From assembly GCA_028718805.1 (NCBI GenBank), contig JAQUKY010000007.1:18176-82175 (forward strand): a DNA stretch of 64,000 bases, given 5' to 3'. A model generated the notes under the pieces. It made no database searches, was not told the origin of the DNA, and worked only from the letters and a program-made list of their open reading frames with translations. Source of the DNA: Candidatus Nanoarchaeia archaeon. Lineage in GTDB: Archaea; Nanobdellota; Nanobdellia; Pacearchaeales; GW2011-AR1. The translations under genes and the position numbers were made by a program. Within the stretch, counting starts at the first letter, position 1, and each line of letters begins with the position of its first letter. Of this stretch, positions 1-10,844 are shown piece by piece.

Positions 1-427
1 CTTTTTATTGGAGAATTTGAATATACCCCCGGAGGAATTTGCTTTAATGGGGAAGAGAATGGAACTTTTAGATAAATATGGGCTCTATACTTTCTTTAGA
101 CAAGTTTACAAGCATAACATTTCTTTATTAATGTCTGATGTGTTTCCGGAAATAGAACCCTGTATTATACGAAGGAGGAATAGATGGAAAGGGAGAGAAG
201 GAATAATGAATGCTTACTATGCAATTGGCTGGTTGGCCAGAAAAACAAAAAAACAACCCTCTGAATTGACCAGGGAAGATTTCAAAAGACATAAGCTGTT
301 ACCAATGATAAGAATTCTATTTGAAGATTCTATGAGAAACGCGATAGAATTTCGCTATCCAGGAACATATCCTGGTATGGTTGCTGAATCAAAAAAATTA
401 TGGGATACTTTTAAAGATGGTAATTGA
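1..427 (+). CDS. hypothetical protein, 5'-truncated at the window edge (frame stays open to nt 1; the track's TTG start at nt 8 is probably internal)
   Basis: Open frame with no stop back to the window edge. No recognisable motifs. Confidence 0.35.
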   Translation, partial: FLLENLNIPPEEFALMGKRMELLDKYGLYTFFRQVYKHNISLLMSDVFPEIEPCIIRRRNRWKGREGIMNAYYAIGWLARKTKKQPSELTREDFKRHKLLPMIRILFEDSMRNAIEFRYPGTYPGMVAESKKLWDTFKDGN

Positions 428-484
428 GTATGAAGATATTAATAAAAATTATCTAAATTTACAAGAGGAGGAAAAAAGAAGAAA

Positions 485-1675
485 ATGCGTTTTGCCCACT
501 TATCAGACTGCCATTTAGGAGGATGGAGACAGCCGGAATTGCAGGAATTAAATTTAGAGTCTTTCAGAATAGCTATTAAAACCTGTATTGAGGAAAAGAC
601 TGAGTTTATCCTTTTTTCAGGGGATTTATTTGATTCTGCTTTCCCTCCAATAGAGATCTTAAAAGAAACCTTCTCAGAGTTCAGGAAATTAAAGGAAGCA
701 GGAATTAAATGTTATGTAATAGCAGGAAGCCATGATTATTCTGTTTCCGGAAAAACCTTCCTGGATGTTTTGGAAAAGGGAGGTTTTTGTGAAATATGCG
801 CTTATGAAGAAAAAGGGGAACCAGTAAAAGAAATAATACTAAAACCCTGCATTCACCAGTCTTATTATATCTACGGTTATCCTGGAAAAAAATCAGGTCT
901 TGAGATACCGGATTTAAGGAAGATTAAAATAAATGAGCCATATCAGTCTAATTTCAGGATTTTAATGCTTCATACGACAATTGATGAAGTTAAGGGGGAT
1001 TTGCCAATAGATTCAATTAATTTAACAACCCTGCCTCCGGCAGATTATTACGCCTTAGGTCATATCCATATCAATTTTGAAGAAGAAATAAATAACAAAC
1101 CTGCGATTTATTCAGGGCCTTTGTTTCCAAATAATTTTAAGGAACTTGAGGAATTAAAAAATGGAAGTTTTTACATAATAGATGTAGAGGGTTACACAAA
1201 GGTGACAAAAAAAGAGATTAAATTAAAAGAAATAGTTTCAGTCAACATAGAAATAACTGATGCTATTACAGGAACAGCAAAAATTCTTTCAGAACTTGAA
1301 AAAAGAGATTTAAAAGATAAGATTCTTCTTTTAAGGATTTATGGAGAGTTGGAAAAAGGTAAAACTTCTGACATCAAATTTTCTGAAATTGAGGAATATT
1401 TAAATAAACAGCAGGTATATTCTTTTTTGAAAAATACTTCTAAGCTTGAAACACAAAGGCAGGAATTTCAAAGTCAGATAAATCCAAGTGAGATGGGAAA
1501 GGTTGAGGAGACTCTTGTGCAGAATTATAAAAAGGAAAATCCATCAGATTTTAATAGATTAATATTTGAATTAATGGATTGTCTGAATTTAGAAAAGCAG
1601 GAAGGCGAGAAATCAACCATTTTTGAGCAGAGATTATTTTTAGGGCTAAGTAAATTGTTAAAGGTTGAGCTATAA
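485..1675 (+). CDS. mre11: DNA double-strand break repair nuclease Mre11 (calcineurin-like phosphoesterase)
   Basis: Phosphoesterase motifs in order: HLSDCHLG (D-x-H), GDLFD, AGSHD, MLHTT and GHIH. Length 396 aa. Sits in the same tightly packed gene string as rad50 (guaA is in between). Confidence 0.8.
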   Translation: MRFAHLSDCHLGGWRQPELQELNLESFRIAIKTCIEEKTEFILFSGDLFDSAFPPIEILKETFSEFRKLKEAGIKCYVIAGSHDYSVSGKTFLDVLEKGGFCEICAYEEKGEPVKEIILKPCIHQSYYIYGYPGKKSGLEIPDLRKIKINEPYQSNFRILMLHTTIDEVKGDLPIDSINLTTLPPADYYALGHIHINFEEEINNKPAIYSGPLFPNNFKELEELKNGSFYIIDVEGYTKVTKKEIKLKEIVSVNIEITDAITGTAKILSELEKRDLKDKILLLRIYGELEKGKTSDIKFSEIEEYLNKQQVYSFLKNTSKLETQRQEFQSQINPSEMGKVEETLVQNYKKENPSDFNRLIFELMDCLNLEKQEGEKSTIFEQRLFLGLSKLLKVEL

Positions 1676-1676
1676 A

Positions 1677-3206
1677 ATGATAAAAATAATTGATTGCGGA
1701 AGCCAATTGACACAAAACATTGCAAGAAGAATTAGGGAATTAGGGGTTTTTACAGAAATAATACCTTTCCATACACCTGTCGATAAGATTGAAGGTGAAG
1801 ATCTTGAAGGGATTATAATTTCAGGAGGGCAGTTCAGTGTATATGATAAAGACTCTCCTGTCTATTCTAAGGAAGTTTTTAATCTTGGTGTTCCTGTTTT
1901 AGGGATTTGTTACGGGCAACAATCAATCGCGCACTTATTTGGAGGGAAGGTAGTCTCTTCCCCAAATAGAGAATATGGTGAGACAAAAATAAAATTAAAA
2001 GCAAGAAGCAGATTATTTAACCGTATTCCTTTTTCTGATGAATTTAAGGTTTGGATGAGTCATGGAGATGTTGTTGAACAATTACCTACAGGTTTTGAAA
2101 CTGTTGCTATTTCTCAGAATAATCATATTGCAGCTATGCAGATGCAAGAAAAGAACATTTACTCGGTACAATTTCATCCGGAAGTTGACCATACAAAAAA
2201 TGGAAGGGTTATATTAAATAATTTTATAGAAATTTGCAATGCTCAAAGAACCTGGGACCCTGAAAAAGAGTATGGCAGGATGATAGATGAATTAAAAATA
2301 AAATTAAAAGGAAAAGTAGGGGTTGGTGGGATTAGTGGGGGGGTTGATTCTTCAACAGTTTCTATTTTAGTTAATGAGATAGCAGGTGAAAATTATCATC
2401 CGATTTTTGTTGACAATGGACTATTAAGATTAAATGAAGCTATAAAAGTTCAGGAAAGTTTGAGCAGTTTTAATTTAAATATAAAATATGTAGATGCCAG
2501 TGATAGATTTTTGGAGAAATTAAAGGGCATAGAAGATTCTGACGAAAAAAGAAAAATAATTGGAAATGAATTTGTTGCTGTTTTTGAAGAAGAAGCTAGG
2601 AAGATACCCGGAGCTAGTTATTTAGTTCAAGGAACCTTATATCCGGATGTTATTGAAAGTGTTCCTGTTTATGGTTCTTCATCAAAAATAAAGAGACATC
2701 ATAATGTTGGTGGCTTGCCTGAGAAAATGGGATTAGAGGTCATAGAACCATTTAGAAATTTATTTAAAGATGAAGTTAGGAAAATTGCAGAGCATAGACT
2801 AAGAATGCCAAAGCATATTGTATGGAGACATCCTTTTCCAGGTCCAGGATTAGCGGTTAGAATAATCGGAGAGGTCAATGAAGAAAAGTTAAGGATAGTT
2901 AGAGAATCTGATGATATTTTTATCAGCGAACTTATGAAAGAAGGTTTATATTATCAAATAAGTCAGGCATTTGCAGGTTTTCTTGGAGGAAAAACAGTTG
3001 GTGTTATGGGTGATGCTGGAACATATGAAGGAATTGTTGGATTAAGAGCAGTTGTTACAAATGATTTTATGACTGCTGATTGGTATGATTTTAAAAAATC
3101 ATTCATGACAAAGGTTTCTAATAGAATTATAAATGAAGTAAGGGGAGTGGGAAGTACTTTTTATAACACCTCTCAAAAACCCCCAGCAACAATTGAGTTG
3201 GAGTAA
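1677..3206 (+). CDS. guaA: GMP synthase (glutamine-hydrolysing), with fused GATase and ATP-pyrophosphatase domains
   Basis: N-terminal class-I glutamine amidotransferase motif (GICYGQQ, catalytic Cys). The ATP PPase P-loop is SGGVDSS. A conserved C-terminal dimerisation domain is present. The likely ATG start is at 1677, since the track start at 1665 is a TTG. Confidence 0.85.
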   Translation: MIKIIDCGSQLTQNIARRIRELGVFTEIIPFHTPVDKIEGEDLEGIIISGGQFSVYDKDSPVYSKEVFNLGVPVLGICYGQQSIAHLFGGKVVSSPNREYGETKIKLKARSRLFNRIPFSDEFKVWMSHGDVVEQLPTGFETVAISQNNHIAAMQMQEKNIYSVQFHPEVDHTKNGRVILNNFIEICNAQRTWDPEKEYGRMIDELKIKLKGKVGVGGISGGVDSSTVSILVNEIAGENYHPIFVDNGLLRLNEAIKVQESLSSFNLNIKYVDASDRFLEKLKGIEDSDEKRKIIGNEFVAVFEEEARKIPGASYLVQGTLYPDVIESVPVYGSSSKIKRHHNVGGLPEKMGLEVIEPFRNLFKDEVRKIAEHRLRMPKHIVWRHPFPGPGLAVRIIGEVNEEKLRIVRESDDIFISELMKEGLYYQISQAFAGFLGGKTVGVMGDAGTYEGIVGLRAVVTNDFMTADWYDFKKSFMTKVSNRIINEVRGVGSTFYNTSQKPPATIELE

Positions 3207-3214
3207 AACAAAAA

Positions 3215-5263
3215 ATGCGCATAAAAAGAATACAGATAGAAAACCTGAGAAGCTATGAAAAGCAGGAAATTAATTTTCCAAGAGGTTCAACATTATTATC
3301 AGGGGATATCGGAACAGGAAAAACAAGTATTTTATTGGCAATTGAGTTTGCGTTATTTGGCCTGCAGCCGGGACAAAGAGGAACTTCTTTATTAAGGTCA
3401 GGAACTGAAAATTTAAGAGTAATTCTTGATTTTGAGATAGAAGGTCAGAATGTAACCATTGAAAGAACCTTGAAAAAAGGTAAAACGATTGCCCAGGATC
3501 ACGCTTCAATAAACATAAATGATGAAAAATTTGAAGGTTCTGTGACAGAAGTAAAAAACAAGGTGCTGGAATTGTTAGAATATCCATCTGAATTTGCTAA
3601 AAAAACAAATTTATTGTATAAATTTACAGTTTATACTCCCCAGGAAGAAATGAAGCAGATAATTCTTGAGCCTAAAGACATACGGCTTAATACTCTAAGG
3701 CATGTTTTTGGGATTGATAAATACAAAAGAATAGAAGAAAATGCCCTTCTTTTGACTTCCAGATTAAGGGAGAAAATAAGAATTAATGAAGCAATGTTGC
3801 TGGATTTAGAGTCAAACAAGGAAAATTTAAATCAAAAACAAAATTGTCTTACAATTTTAAAAGAAACCCTGAAAAAAGCAGCAGAAGATTATGAAAGAGC
3901 GACTCAATCAAGAATTAATAAAGAAAAAGAGATAAAGGAAATTCAGGAAAAGATAGATGATAAAAAGAGATTAGAAAATGAAAAATCAAAATCCTCTTTA
4001 TTAATTTCTGAGAAGAAACAGCAGATTACAACTTTTAATAATAATGTCAAAACTCTGTTATTACAAATAGAAGAAGCAAGAAAAATAACTTTCAATGAAA
4101 GCGAGTTTAATTCATTAAACAACCGGATTAAATTTCAGGAAAACAAGTATGATGAATTGCAAAGAGAATACATAAATGTAATCAGCAACCTTAAGACCCA
4201 AGAAGCAAAAAAAAGAGAGACCGAAGAGCTGAAAAATAAGATTTCCAGGCTTCAAAAATGCCCAACCTGCCTTCAGGAAGTAAGTGAAGATTATAAAAAT
4301 AATATTTTTAGAAAAGTTGAAACTGAAGTCCAGGAGATTCAGAAAAAGATCAATGAATTTAATATAAAAAAGAACCAGTTGATTGAGAAAATTGATTCAA
4401 ATAAAAAGATTTTAGATGATTTTAAAAAGCAAAAATCAGAACAGGAACTTTTAAAAATAAAATTTGAAAATCTGAAAGAGAAAGAGCAGAGGATTCTTGA
4501 AATAGAAAACCAAAAATCTTCAGTACAAAAAGATTTGGAAATCCTTGAAAAAATGATTGTTCAGTTAGATACATCAATAAAAGAATATTCTGTATATGAA
4601 AAGATTTTTATTGAAATGGGAAAACAGGCTGAAAAAGCAAAAAAAGAGGAAAATCTTGCAATCATAAAAAAAGCAGAGGTAAACAAAGAAGTTCAGTTTT
4701 CTGAACAGCAGATTTTAGAGCTTGAAAAGCAGATAAAGCAAAAAGAAAAATTAAAAGAAAGCACAGAAAGATTAAGACAGTTAGAATACTGGATTTCAGA
4801 AAAGTTTTTGGAGCTTGTTTTATTTACTGAAAAGCAAGTCATGTTTACTTTAAAAGAAGAATTCTCAAAATTATTTTCCAAATGGTTTGCAATACTTGTT
4901 TCAGATGAATTATCTGCCAAATTAGACGATAATTTCTCTCCTGTTATTGAACAGCAGGATTATGAACTGGATTATTCTTTTCTTTCAGGAGGAGAAAGAA
5001 CAGCAATTGCACTTGCTTATCGCCTCTCGCTCAATCAGGTTATAAATTCCCTGCTGTCAAAAATAAAGACAAGGAACCTTGTTATCTTGGATGAGCCAAC
5101 AGAAGGATTTTCATCTCAGCAATTGGATAAAATGAGAGATGTTTTATCCCAGTTAAAGACAGAACAGCTAATAATAGTTAGCCATGAGTCTAAGATAGAG
5201 GGTTTTGTTGATAATATAATAAAATTCACAAAAGAAGCTGGAATAACAAAGGTCGGGGAGTAA
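3215..5263 (+). CDS. rad50: Rad50 ATPase (SMC-like), compact 682-aa form
   Basis: Walker A is GDIGTGKTS. A long Lys/Glu-rich coiled coil follows, with the CPTC zinc hook mid-protein. The ABC signature is LSGGERTA, Walker B is LVILDEPTEGF and the H-loop is VSHE. Confidence 0.75.
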   Translation: MRIKRIQIENLRSYEKQEINFPRGSTLLSGDIGTGKTSILLAIEFALFGLQPGQRGTSLLRSGTENLRVILDFEIEGQNVTIERTLKKGKTIAQDHASININDEKFEGSVTEVKNKVLELLEYPSEFAKKTNLLYKFTVYTPQEEMKQIILEPKDIRLNTLRHVFGIDKYKRIEENALLLTSRLREKIRINEAMLLDLESNKENLNQKQNCLTILKETLKKAAEDYERATQSRINKEKEIKEIQEKIDDKKRLENEKSKSSLLISEKKQQITTFNNNVKTLLLQIEEARKITFNESEFNSLNNRIKFQENKYDELQREYINVISNLKTQEAKKRETEELKNKISRLQKCPTCLQEVSEDYKNNIFRKVETEVQEIQKKINEFNIKKNQLIEKIDSNKKILDDFKKQKSEQELLKIKFENLKEKEQRILEIENQKSSVQKDLEILEKMIVQLDTSIKEYSVYEKIFIEMGKQAEKAKKEENLAIIKKAEVNKEVQFSEQQILELEKQIKQKEKLKESTERLRQLEYWISEKFLELVLFTEKQVMFTLKEEFSKLFSKWFAILVSDELSAKLDDNFSPVIEQQDYELDYSFLSGGERTAIALAYRLSLNQVINSLLSKIKTRNLVILDEPTEGFSSQQLDKMRDVLSQLKTEQLIIVSHESKIEGFVDNIIKFTKEAGITKVGE

Positions 5264-5269
5264 AAGAAT

Positions 5270-6598
5270 ATGCCAAAAGAGGATTTAACTGTTTTAATAA
5301 TTGGTTCGGGTGGCAGAGAACATACTATTTCTACAGCCTATGAAAAAAGCCCAAATGTTAAAAAGATAGTTGTATCTCCTGGAAATGATTTTATAGCTTA
5401 CAAAAGAGAAAAGGAAGTGATTACTGATAAAAATTGTTCGATTAGAGATCCAAATTCAATTTTGGATGTTGCAAGAAAATATGATCCTGACTTGATTGAT
5501 GTTGCTCAAGATGATGCTTTAGCAAATGGGGCAGTAGATATTTTAGAAAAGAATGGGTTTGTTGCTTTTGGACCTAAAAAAGAAACAGCAAGAATTGAGT
5601 GGGATAAAAGATGGTCGAGAGAATTTATGCAGAGGCATGGAATTTCACATCCGCAGTTTAGATATTTTGAAGACGAATTTACTGCAGAACAATATGTTGA
5701 AGGATTATATTCTATTAATCCAAAAAGAGTTCTCTATGTAAAAGCTGCAGGTTTATGTTCCGGAAAAGGAGCTCTTAAATCTTCAAGCTTAGATGAAGCC
5801 ATTAGAAATATCAGGAAGATGAAGAACTTTCCAGATAGAGCCGGGAGAGTATTTTTAATTGAAGAAAATTTAGAGGGGGAGGAATTTTCTTATTACGCAA
5901 TAAGTGATGGTCGAACATATAAAACATTTAAATCTGCGCAGGACAACAAAACGGTTTTTAATTTTGATGAGGGAAATCAAACAGGAGGTATGGGGGCAGT
6001 TTCTCCTGCCATGGTAACTGAACCGCTAAAAAAAGAAATAGAAAAACAGCAAATTTCTAAGGCAATTAATGGCTTGTTTTTAGAACAAAATCCCTTCATA
6101 GGCATTCTTTATTTTGGTGGGATTGTCATAAATGAAAAACCTATGAACATAGAATATAATGCAAGGTGGGGTGATCCAGAATGCCAAGTAGTTTTGCCTT
6201 CCATTGAAAATGATTATTTAGAAATTGTAAGATTTTGTTTAGAAGGAAAATTAAACCGCTTAGATATTAAACAGGATAACAAAACAAGAGTCTGCTTGGT
6301 TGGAGCTTCAAGAGGTTACCCTAATGATTACTCTTCGGTTAAAGGAAAGAGAATTTTCAATATTGATGAGGCTTTTAAAATAGAAGGGGTAAATGTGTGT
6401 GGGGCAGGTATTAAGATAGTGGATAGAAAAATGTATGCAAATGGCGGCAGACTGTTTAATATTGTAGCCGAGGGCAGGGATATTTTAGAAGCAAGGCAAA
6501 AAGCTTACTCGGCAATTGCTCTTATCAGTATAGAAGGAAACAATCTTCATTATAGAACAGATATTGGTTGGAGAGATGTGGAAAGGTTTAATCAGTAA
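5270..6598 (+). CDS. purD: phosphoribosylamine--glycine ligase
   Basis: N-terminal IGSGGREH motif followed by an ATP-grasp fold. Length 442 aa. Confidence 0.85.
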   Translation: MPKEDLTVLIIGSGGREHTISTAYEKSPNVKKIVVSPGNDFIAYKREKEVITDKNCSIRDPNSILDVARKYDPDLIDVAQDDALANGAVDILEKNGFVAFGPKKETARIEWDKRWSREFMQRHGISHPQFRYFEDEFTAEQYVEGLYSINPKRVLYVKAAGLCSGKGALKSSSLDEAIRNIRKMKNFPDRAGRVFLIEENLEGEEFSYYAISDGRTYKTFKSAQDNKTVFNFDEGNQTGGMGAVSPAMVTEPLKKEIEKQQISKAINGLFLEQNPFIGILYFGGIVINEKPMNIEYNARWGDPECQVVLPSIENDYLEIVRFCLEGKLNRLDIKQDNKTRVCLVGASRGYPNDYSSVKGKRIFNIDEAFKIEGVNVCGAGIKIVDRKMYANGGRLFNIVAEGRDILEARQKAYSAIALISIEGNNLHYRTDIGWRDVERFNQ

Positions 6599-6599
6599 T

Positions 6600-7655
6600 T
6601 TAAGATATCCACTTTTTCTTCTTGAAATAAAGAATCATAGAAGATGCTATTAAGATTACTATTATCCAAAAGAAAAGATAGCCATATTTCCAGTATATTT
6701 CAGGGAAGAACTTAAAATTCATCCCATACATTCCTGCTACAAATGTTAATGGCATAAAAATAGTTGCTATTATGGTTAATACCTTCATAATCTCGTTTAA
6801 TTTATTGCTCATGCTTGAAAGATATATATCAATCATTTCAGACAGTATATCTCTTGTTGTTTCTATATTATCCATGACCTGGACTGCATTGTAATATATG
6901 TCTCTAAGGTAAATTTTTGTTGATTTTTTTATTAATGATGAGTCTCCTCTTTCCAGGCTGTTTATGACTTCTCTTAATGGCCAGACAGATCTTCTTAGCA
7001 CAATGACTTCTCTTTTTAAATCATGCAATCTTTTTATTGTTTCTGTGCTTGGATTAGAAACTAATTCTTCTTCTAAAAGTTCTATTCTCTCTCCAAGATA
7101 CTCAAGAACTGTAAAACAATTGTCTATAACAGCATCAATAATCCTGTAGACAAGATAATCTGCCCCCATTTTTCTTATTTTTCCTTTTGATTTTCTTATT
7201 TTTTCTCTTACTGATTCAAATGCATCTCCCTTTTTACCTGACTGAAAAGAAATTACGAAGTTTTTTCCAAGAATTAAACTTATCTGTTCAACTTCAACTG
7301 TCCCATCTTGCTGATTATAACTTAACATTTTAATCAGCATATAAATATAATCACCAAAGTCCTCTAATTTTGGCCTTTGATTTGTGTTTTTAATATCCTC
7401 CAGAATCAGAGGATGCAATCCAAAGCAAGCATCAAGCTGTTTTATTATTTCAGTATTTTCTGTGTTGTCTATGTCTATCCAGGTTACTGTTGAAGTATTT
7501 TTAAACCATTTACATTCGTCAATTGACTTTGCTTCTCTTTCCTTAAATTTATTCGCATCATAATCTATAATTGTAACTTTTGTATTATTCTCCTTAAAAG
7601 ACATAGATGAATTTTTAGACGAATGGCTTGAATTTTTAGATTTATTTTTAGGCAT
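6600..7655 (-). CDS. corA: CorA-family Mg2+/Co2+ transporter
   Basis: C-terminal two-TM region carrying the YGMNF (GMN) signature, preceded by a cytoplasmic alpha/beta domain. Confidence 0.8.
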   Translation of the reverse strand: MPKNKSKNSSHSSKNSSMSFKENNTKVTIIDYDANKFKEREAKSIDECKWFKNTSTVTWIDIDNTENTEIIKQLDACFGLHPLILEDIKNTNQRPKLEDFGDYIYMLIKMLSYNQQDGTVEVEQISLILGKNFVISFQSGKKGDAFESVREKIRKSKGKIRKMGADYLVYRIIDAVIDNCFTVLEYLGERIELLEEELVSNPSTETIKRLHDLKREVIVLRRSVWPLREVINSLERGDSSLIKKSTKIYLRDIYYNAVQVMDNIETTRDILSEMIDIYLSSMSNKLNEIMKVLTIIATIFMPLTFVAGMYGMNFKFFPEIYWKYGYLFFWIIVILIASSMILYFKKKKWIS

Positions 7656-7825
7656 AAGATACTGAACAGAACATTATTTATAAATTTTTAGAATTAAGTT
7701 TTTGTTTTATTTTTCATCAAAAACTTTATAAACCCTAAGTTATATGAATTATTATAAGTTCTAAGGAGATTATGTAGTTCTGGAATAAAAAGTTCATAAA
7801 AGTAAAAAGTTCATAAAAATATAAA

Positions 7826-8497
7826 ATGGATAACGAATTAAAAAACAGTATTCTTAAAACAGGAACAACTATATTGGGAATTATCTGTAAAAATGGAGTA
7901 ATTATGGCTTCGGATAGAAGAGCTACTGCAGGAAATATGGTTTTAAGTAAGAATACTAAAAAAGCAGTTAAGGTAAATGATTATCTTGTGATGTCTGGAA
8001 CAGGTAATGCTTCTGATATTGAAATGCAGAAGAAAATAATCGCGGCTCAATTAAAATTAAAAGAATTAAAATCAAAGAAAAGGCCAAGTGTAAAAGAAGC
8101 TGCAAATCTAATCGGTATGATAACCTATCAGAATATAAGACAACCAGCAATGATTCCTTCAATTGTAGGAACCTTAGTTGCGGGATTTAATGAAGACGGA
8201 ACAACTGAACTTTATACAATAGAACCAGCAGGAACAGCAATGAAAGTTGAGGATTACGATGCTAATTTTGGTTCAGGAATGCCTTTTGTTCTGGGATTAT
8301 TAGAAAGGCAGTATAAAGAAGATATGACTGTTGAAGAAGCGACTAAACTTGCTGTTGAAGCAATAAAATCTTCAACACAGAGAGATACAGGAAGCGGTTC
8401 TGGAATTGATGTTTTTATAATAACAAAAGAGGGGATTAAACAGGTAGTTGAACAAGAAATAACTGCAGAATACAAAGACAGAAAAAAAACTGCTTAA
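7826..8497 (+). CDS. psmB: proteasome beta subunit with propeptide
   Basis: TTILGIICKNGVIMASDRRAT motif with the catalytic Thr after a short propeptide. Ntn-hydrolase length. Confidence 0.85.
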   Translation: MDNELKNSILKTGTTILGIICKNGVIMASDRRATAGNMVLSKNTKKAVKVNDYLVMSGTGNASDIEMQKKIIAAQLKLKELKSKKRPSVKEAANLIGMITYQNIRQPAMIPSIVGTLVAGFNEDGTTELYTIEPAGTAMKVEDYDANFGSGMPFVLGLLERQYKEDMTVEEATKLAVEAIKSSTQRDTGSGSGIDVFIITKEGIKQVVEQEITAEYKDRKKTA

Positions 8498-8781
8498 GTC
8501 ATATTCATTTTATGAGGTGAAAGAAGATTTAGTTTTTAAAGATAACAAAAATAAATCTATATAAAAATAATACAATATTAATTTAAAATAATAATCGCTT
8601 AAGCTAATTAAATATAACCTAAAGATAGTTTATAGTATTACCAAAAAACTAAGAATAATCAATAATCAAACAACACTAAAACGCTTGGGCAATTGAAAAC
8701 AAAGCGAATAAGGATTTGATATTACCTATAATAAAGTAAATAAAAAGTTAATAAAACAAAAAAACAGAGGAGATTGTAAAA

Positions 8782-10671
8782 ATGTCAACAGATATTCTGA
8801 AAGATGTTCAAAAAGAATTACCAAAAGTTATATCTAGTGCAAACTTTGAAGGAGCAAACATAGTTCTCTACACAGACGATATGGATTTCTTTAGGGATAA
8901 TAATGGCATTATTAAAGAATTGGTTAACAAATTCAAAAAGAGAATTGAATTAAGAGCAGATGAGAAATTACTTTTAAGCCAGGAAGAAACAGAAAAAGAA
9001 ATTAAAAAAACAATACCAGAAGATGCTGGCTTAACTGATATTTTGTTTGACCCTCAAAGAAGCATTGTTGTCATAGAAGCTAAAAGGCCAGGGTTGGTTA
9101 TTGGAAAATCTGGGTTGCTTTTAAAAGAAGTTAAGGACAAAACCTTCTGGATACCTCAGGTTCAGAGAAGTCCTGCAATTAAATCCAAAATAACAGAAAA
9201 TATCAGAGATGTTTTATATCAAAATAATAACACAAGGAAAAAATTCCTTAATTCTGTTGGAAAGAAAATATACAAAGAATGGAATCCTGAAAAAATTGAA
9301 GGATGGATAAGGCTTACAATTCTCGGAGGAGGAAGGCAGGTAGGAAGAAGCTGTATCTTGCTTTCAACACCTCAATCAAAAATTTTATTAGACTGCGGGG
9401 TAGATGTGGCTGGGAGAGGACAGGATAAATTCCCTTACTTAAATGTAAGTGAATTTAAGATAAATGAATTAGATGCAATTGTATTAACTCACGCACATTT
9501 AGATCATTCAGGACTAATCCCTTATTTATTTAAAATGGGTTACAGAGGGCCTGTTTATATGACTGCTCCTACCAGAGATATTGCAGCATTGCTTGCTTTG
9601 GATTTTATTGGGGTTGCATACAAACAAGCATCAGCGCCATTATTCTCTTCGACAGATATTAAAGAGATGGTAAAGCACACAATCTGCCTGAATTTTAATG
9701 AAGTAACTGACATAGCTCCGGACATAAGAATAACTTTGTATAATTCCGGGCATGCTCTTGGTTCTGCCTTAGTCCATATTAATGTAGGGAATGGCGCACA
9801 TAATTTATTATACTCAGGAGATATGAAATTCATAAAAACAAAATTATTAGATCGGGCTATTGCTAATTTCCCAAGATTAGAGACAATGATTATAGAGTCA
9901 ACTTATGGAAGCAAAAATGATGTTCTTCCTTCCAGGCAGGAGTCAGAAGATGAACTAATAAAAACAATTAAAGAAACAATTGAGAAAAAAGGAAAGATAT
10001 TAATCCCAGAATTAGGATTAGGAAGAGCCCAAGAAACAATGCTTGTTTTGGAAGAAGCAATGAGAGAAAATAAATTACCTAAAATCCCAATTTATATAGA
10101 TGGTATGATTTGGGATATTAATGGTATTCATACAGCTTACCCAGATTTCCTTAATTCTAATGTAAGATCAGATATTTTTCAGGATAATAATCCTTTTGTT
10201 TCAGACATTTTTAAGAGAGTAGGTTCTCAATCAGAAAGAAAAGAAGTTATTGAAGGGGGGCCTTGCGTTGTTCTTGCAACTTCTGGTATGCTTGTTGGAG
10301 GTGCGTCTGTAGAATATTTTAAGCATTTTGCTTCAAATAAAAATAATAAAATTTGTTTTGTTTGTTATCAGGGTGTTGGTTCATTAGGAAGGCAGGTTCA
10401 GGATGGATTCAAACAGATTAAAATGAATATTGATGGTAAAGAAGAAATTGTAGAAATAAATATGAGTGTTATAACAATAGCAGGGTTAACAGCTCATGCA
10501 GGAAGAAATGAATTATTAGATTTTGTCAACAGATGCCAGCCACGCCCAAACAGAATTATTATAAATCATGGCGAGCAGAGCAAATGCCTGGACTTAGCAT
10601 CAAGTGTTTACAAACTTCATCACATTGAAACAAATGTTCCAAGAAATTTGGAGACGATTAGATTGAGATAA
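8782..10671 (+). CDS. aCPSF1/FttA beta-CASP ribonuclease (KH domains plus metallo-beta-lactamase)
   Basis: N-terminal KH-like region. The HAHLDHSG metallo-beta-lactamase motif is present, as are beta-CASP motifs. The size of 629 aa is typical of archaeal aCPSF1. Confidence 0.85.
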   Translation: MSTDILKDVQKELPKVISSANFEGANIVLYTDDMDFFRDNNGIIKELVNKFKKRIELRADEKLLLSQEETEKEIKKTIPEDAGLTDILFDPQRSIVVIEAKRPGLVIGKSGLLLKEVKDKTFWIPQVQRSPAIKSKITENIRDVLYQNNNTRKKFLNSVGKKIYKEWNPEKIEGWIRLTILGGGRQVGRSCILLSTPQSKILLDCGVDVAGRGQDKFPYLNVSEFKINELDAIVLTHAHLDHSGLIPYLFKMGYRGPVYMTAPTRDIAALLALDFIGVAYKQASAPLFSSTDIKEMVKHTICLNFNEVTDIAPDIRITLYNSGHALGSALVHINVGNGAHNLLYSGDMKFIKTKLLDRAIANFPRLETMIIESTYGSKNDVLPSRQESEDELIKTIKETIEKKGKILIPELGLGRAQETMLVLEEAMRENKLPKIPIYIDGMIWDINGIHTAYPDFLNSNVRSDIFQDNNPFVSDIFKRVGSQSERKEVIEGGPCVVLATSGMLVGGASVEYFKHFASNKNNKICFVCYQGVGSLGRQVQDGFKQIKMNIDGKEEIVEINMSVITIAGLTAHAGRNELLDFVNRCQPRPNRIIINHGEQSKCLDLASSVYKLHHIETNVPRNLETIRLR

Positions 10672-10844
10672 TTTAAATTCTATTCTTGTTATACTAATAA
10701 TTTATTAAACGAATTTATATGAAGCAATCATTAGTAGCTTAATTTTAATGGCCCATTAGTAAATCGTTTATAAGATTACTAAACAGATTATTAAGGTAAT
10801 TAATCTATACAAATTCTTAAATACCCTGTAATTTTATTTTAGCA

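Noticed and set aside
1525-1725. A 66-aa minus-strand ORF across the mre11/guaA junction.
   Set aside because: It overlaps two well-supported genes on the opposite strand.
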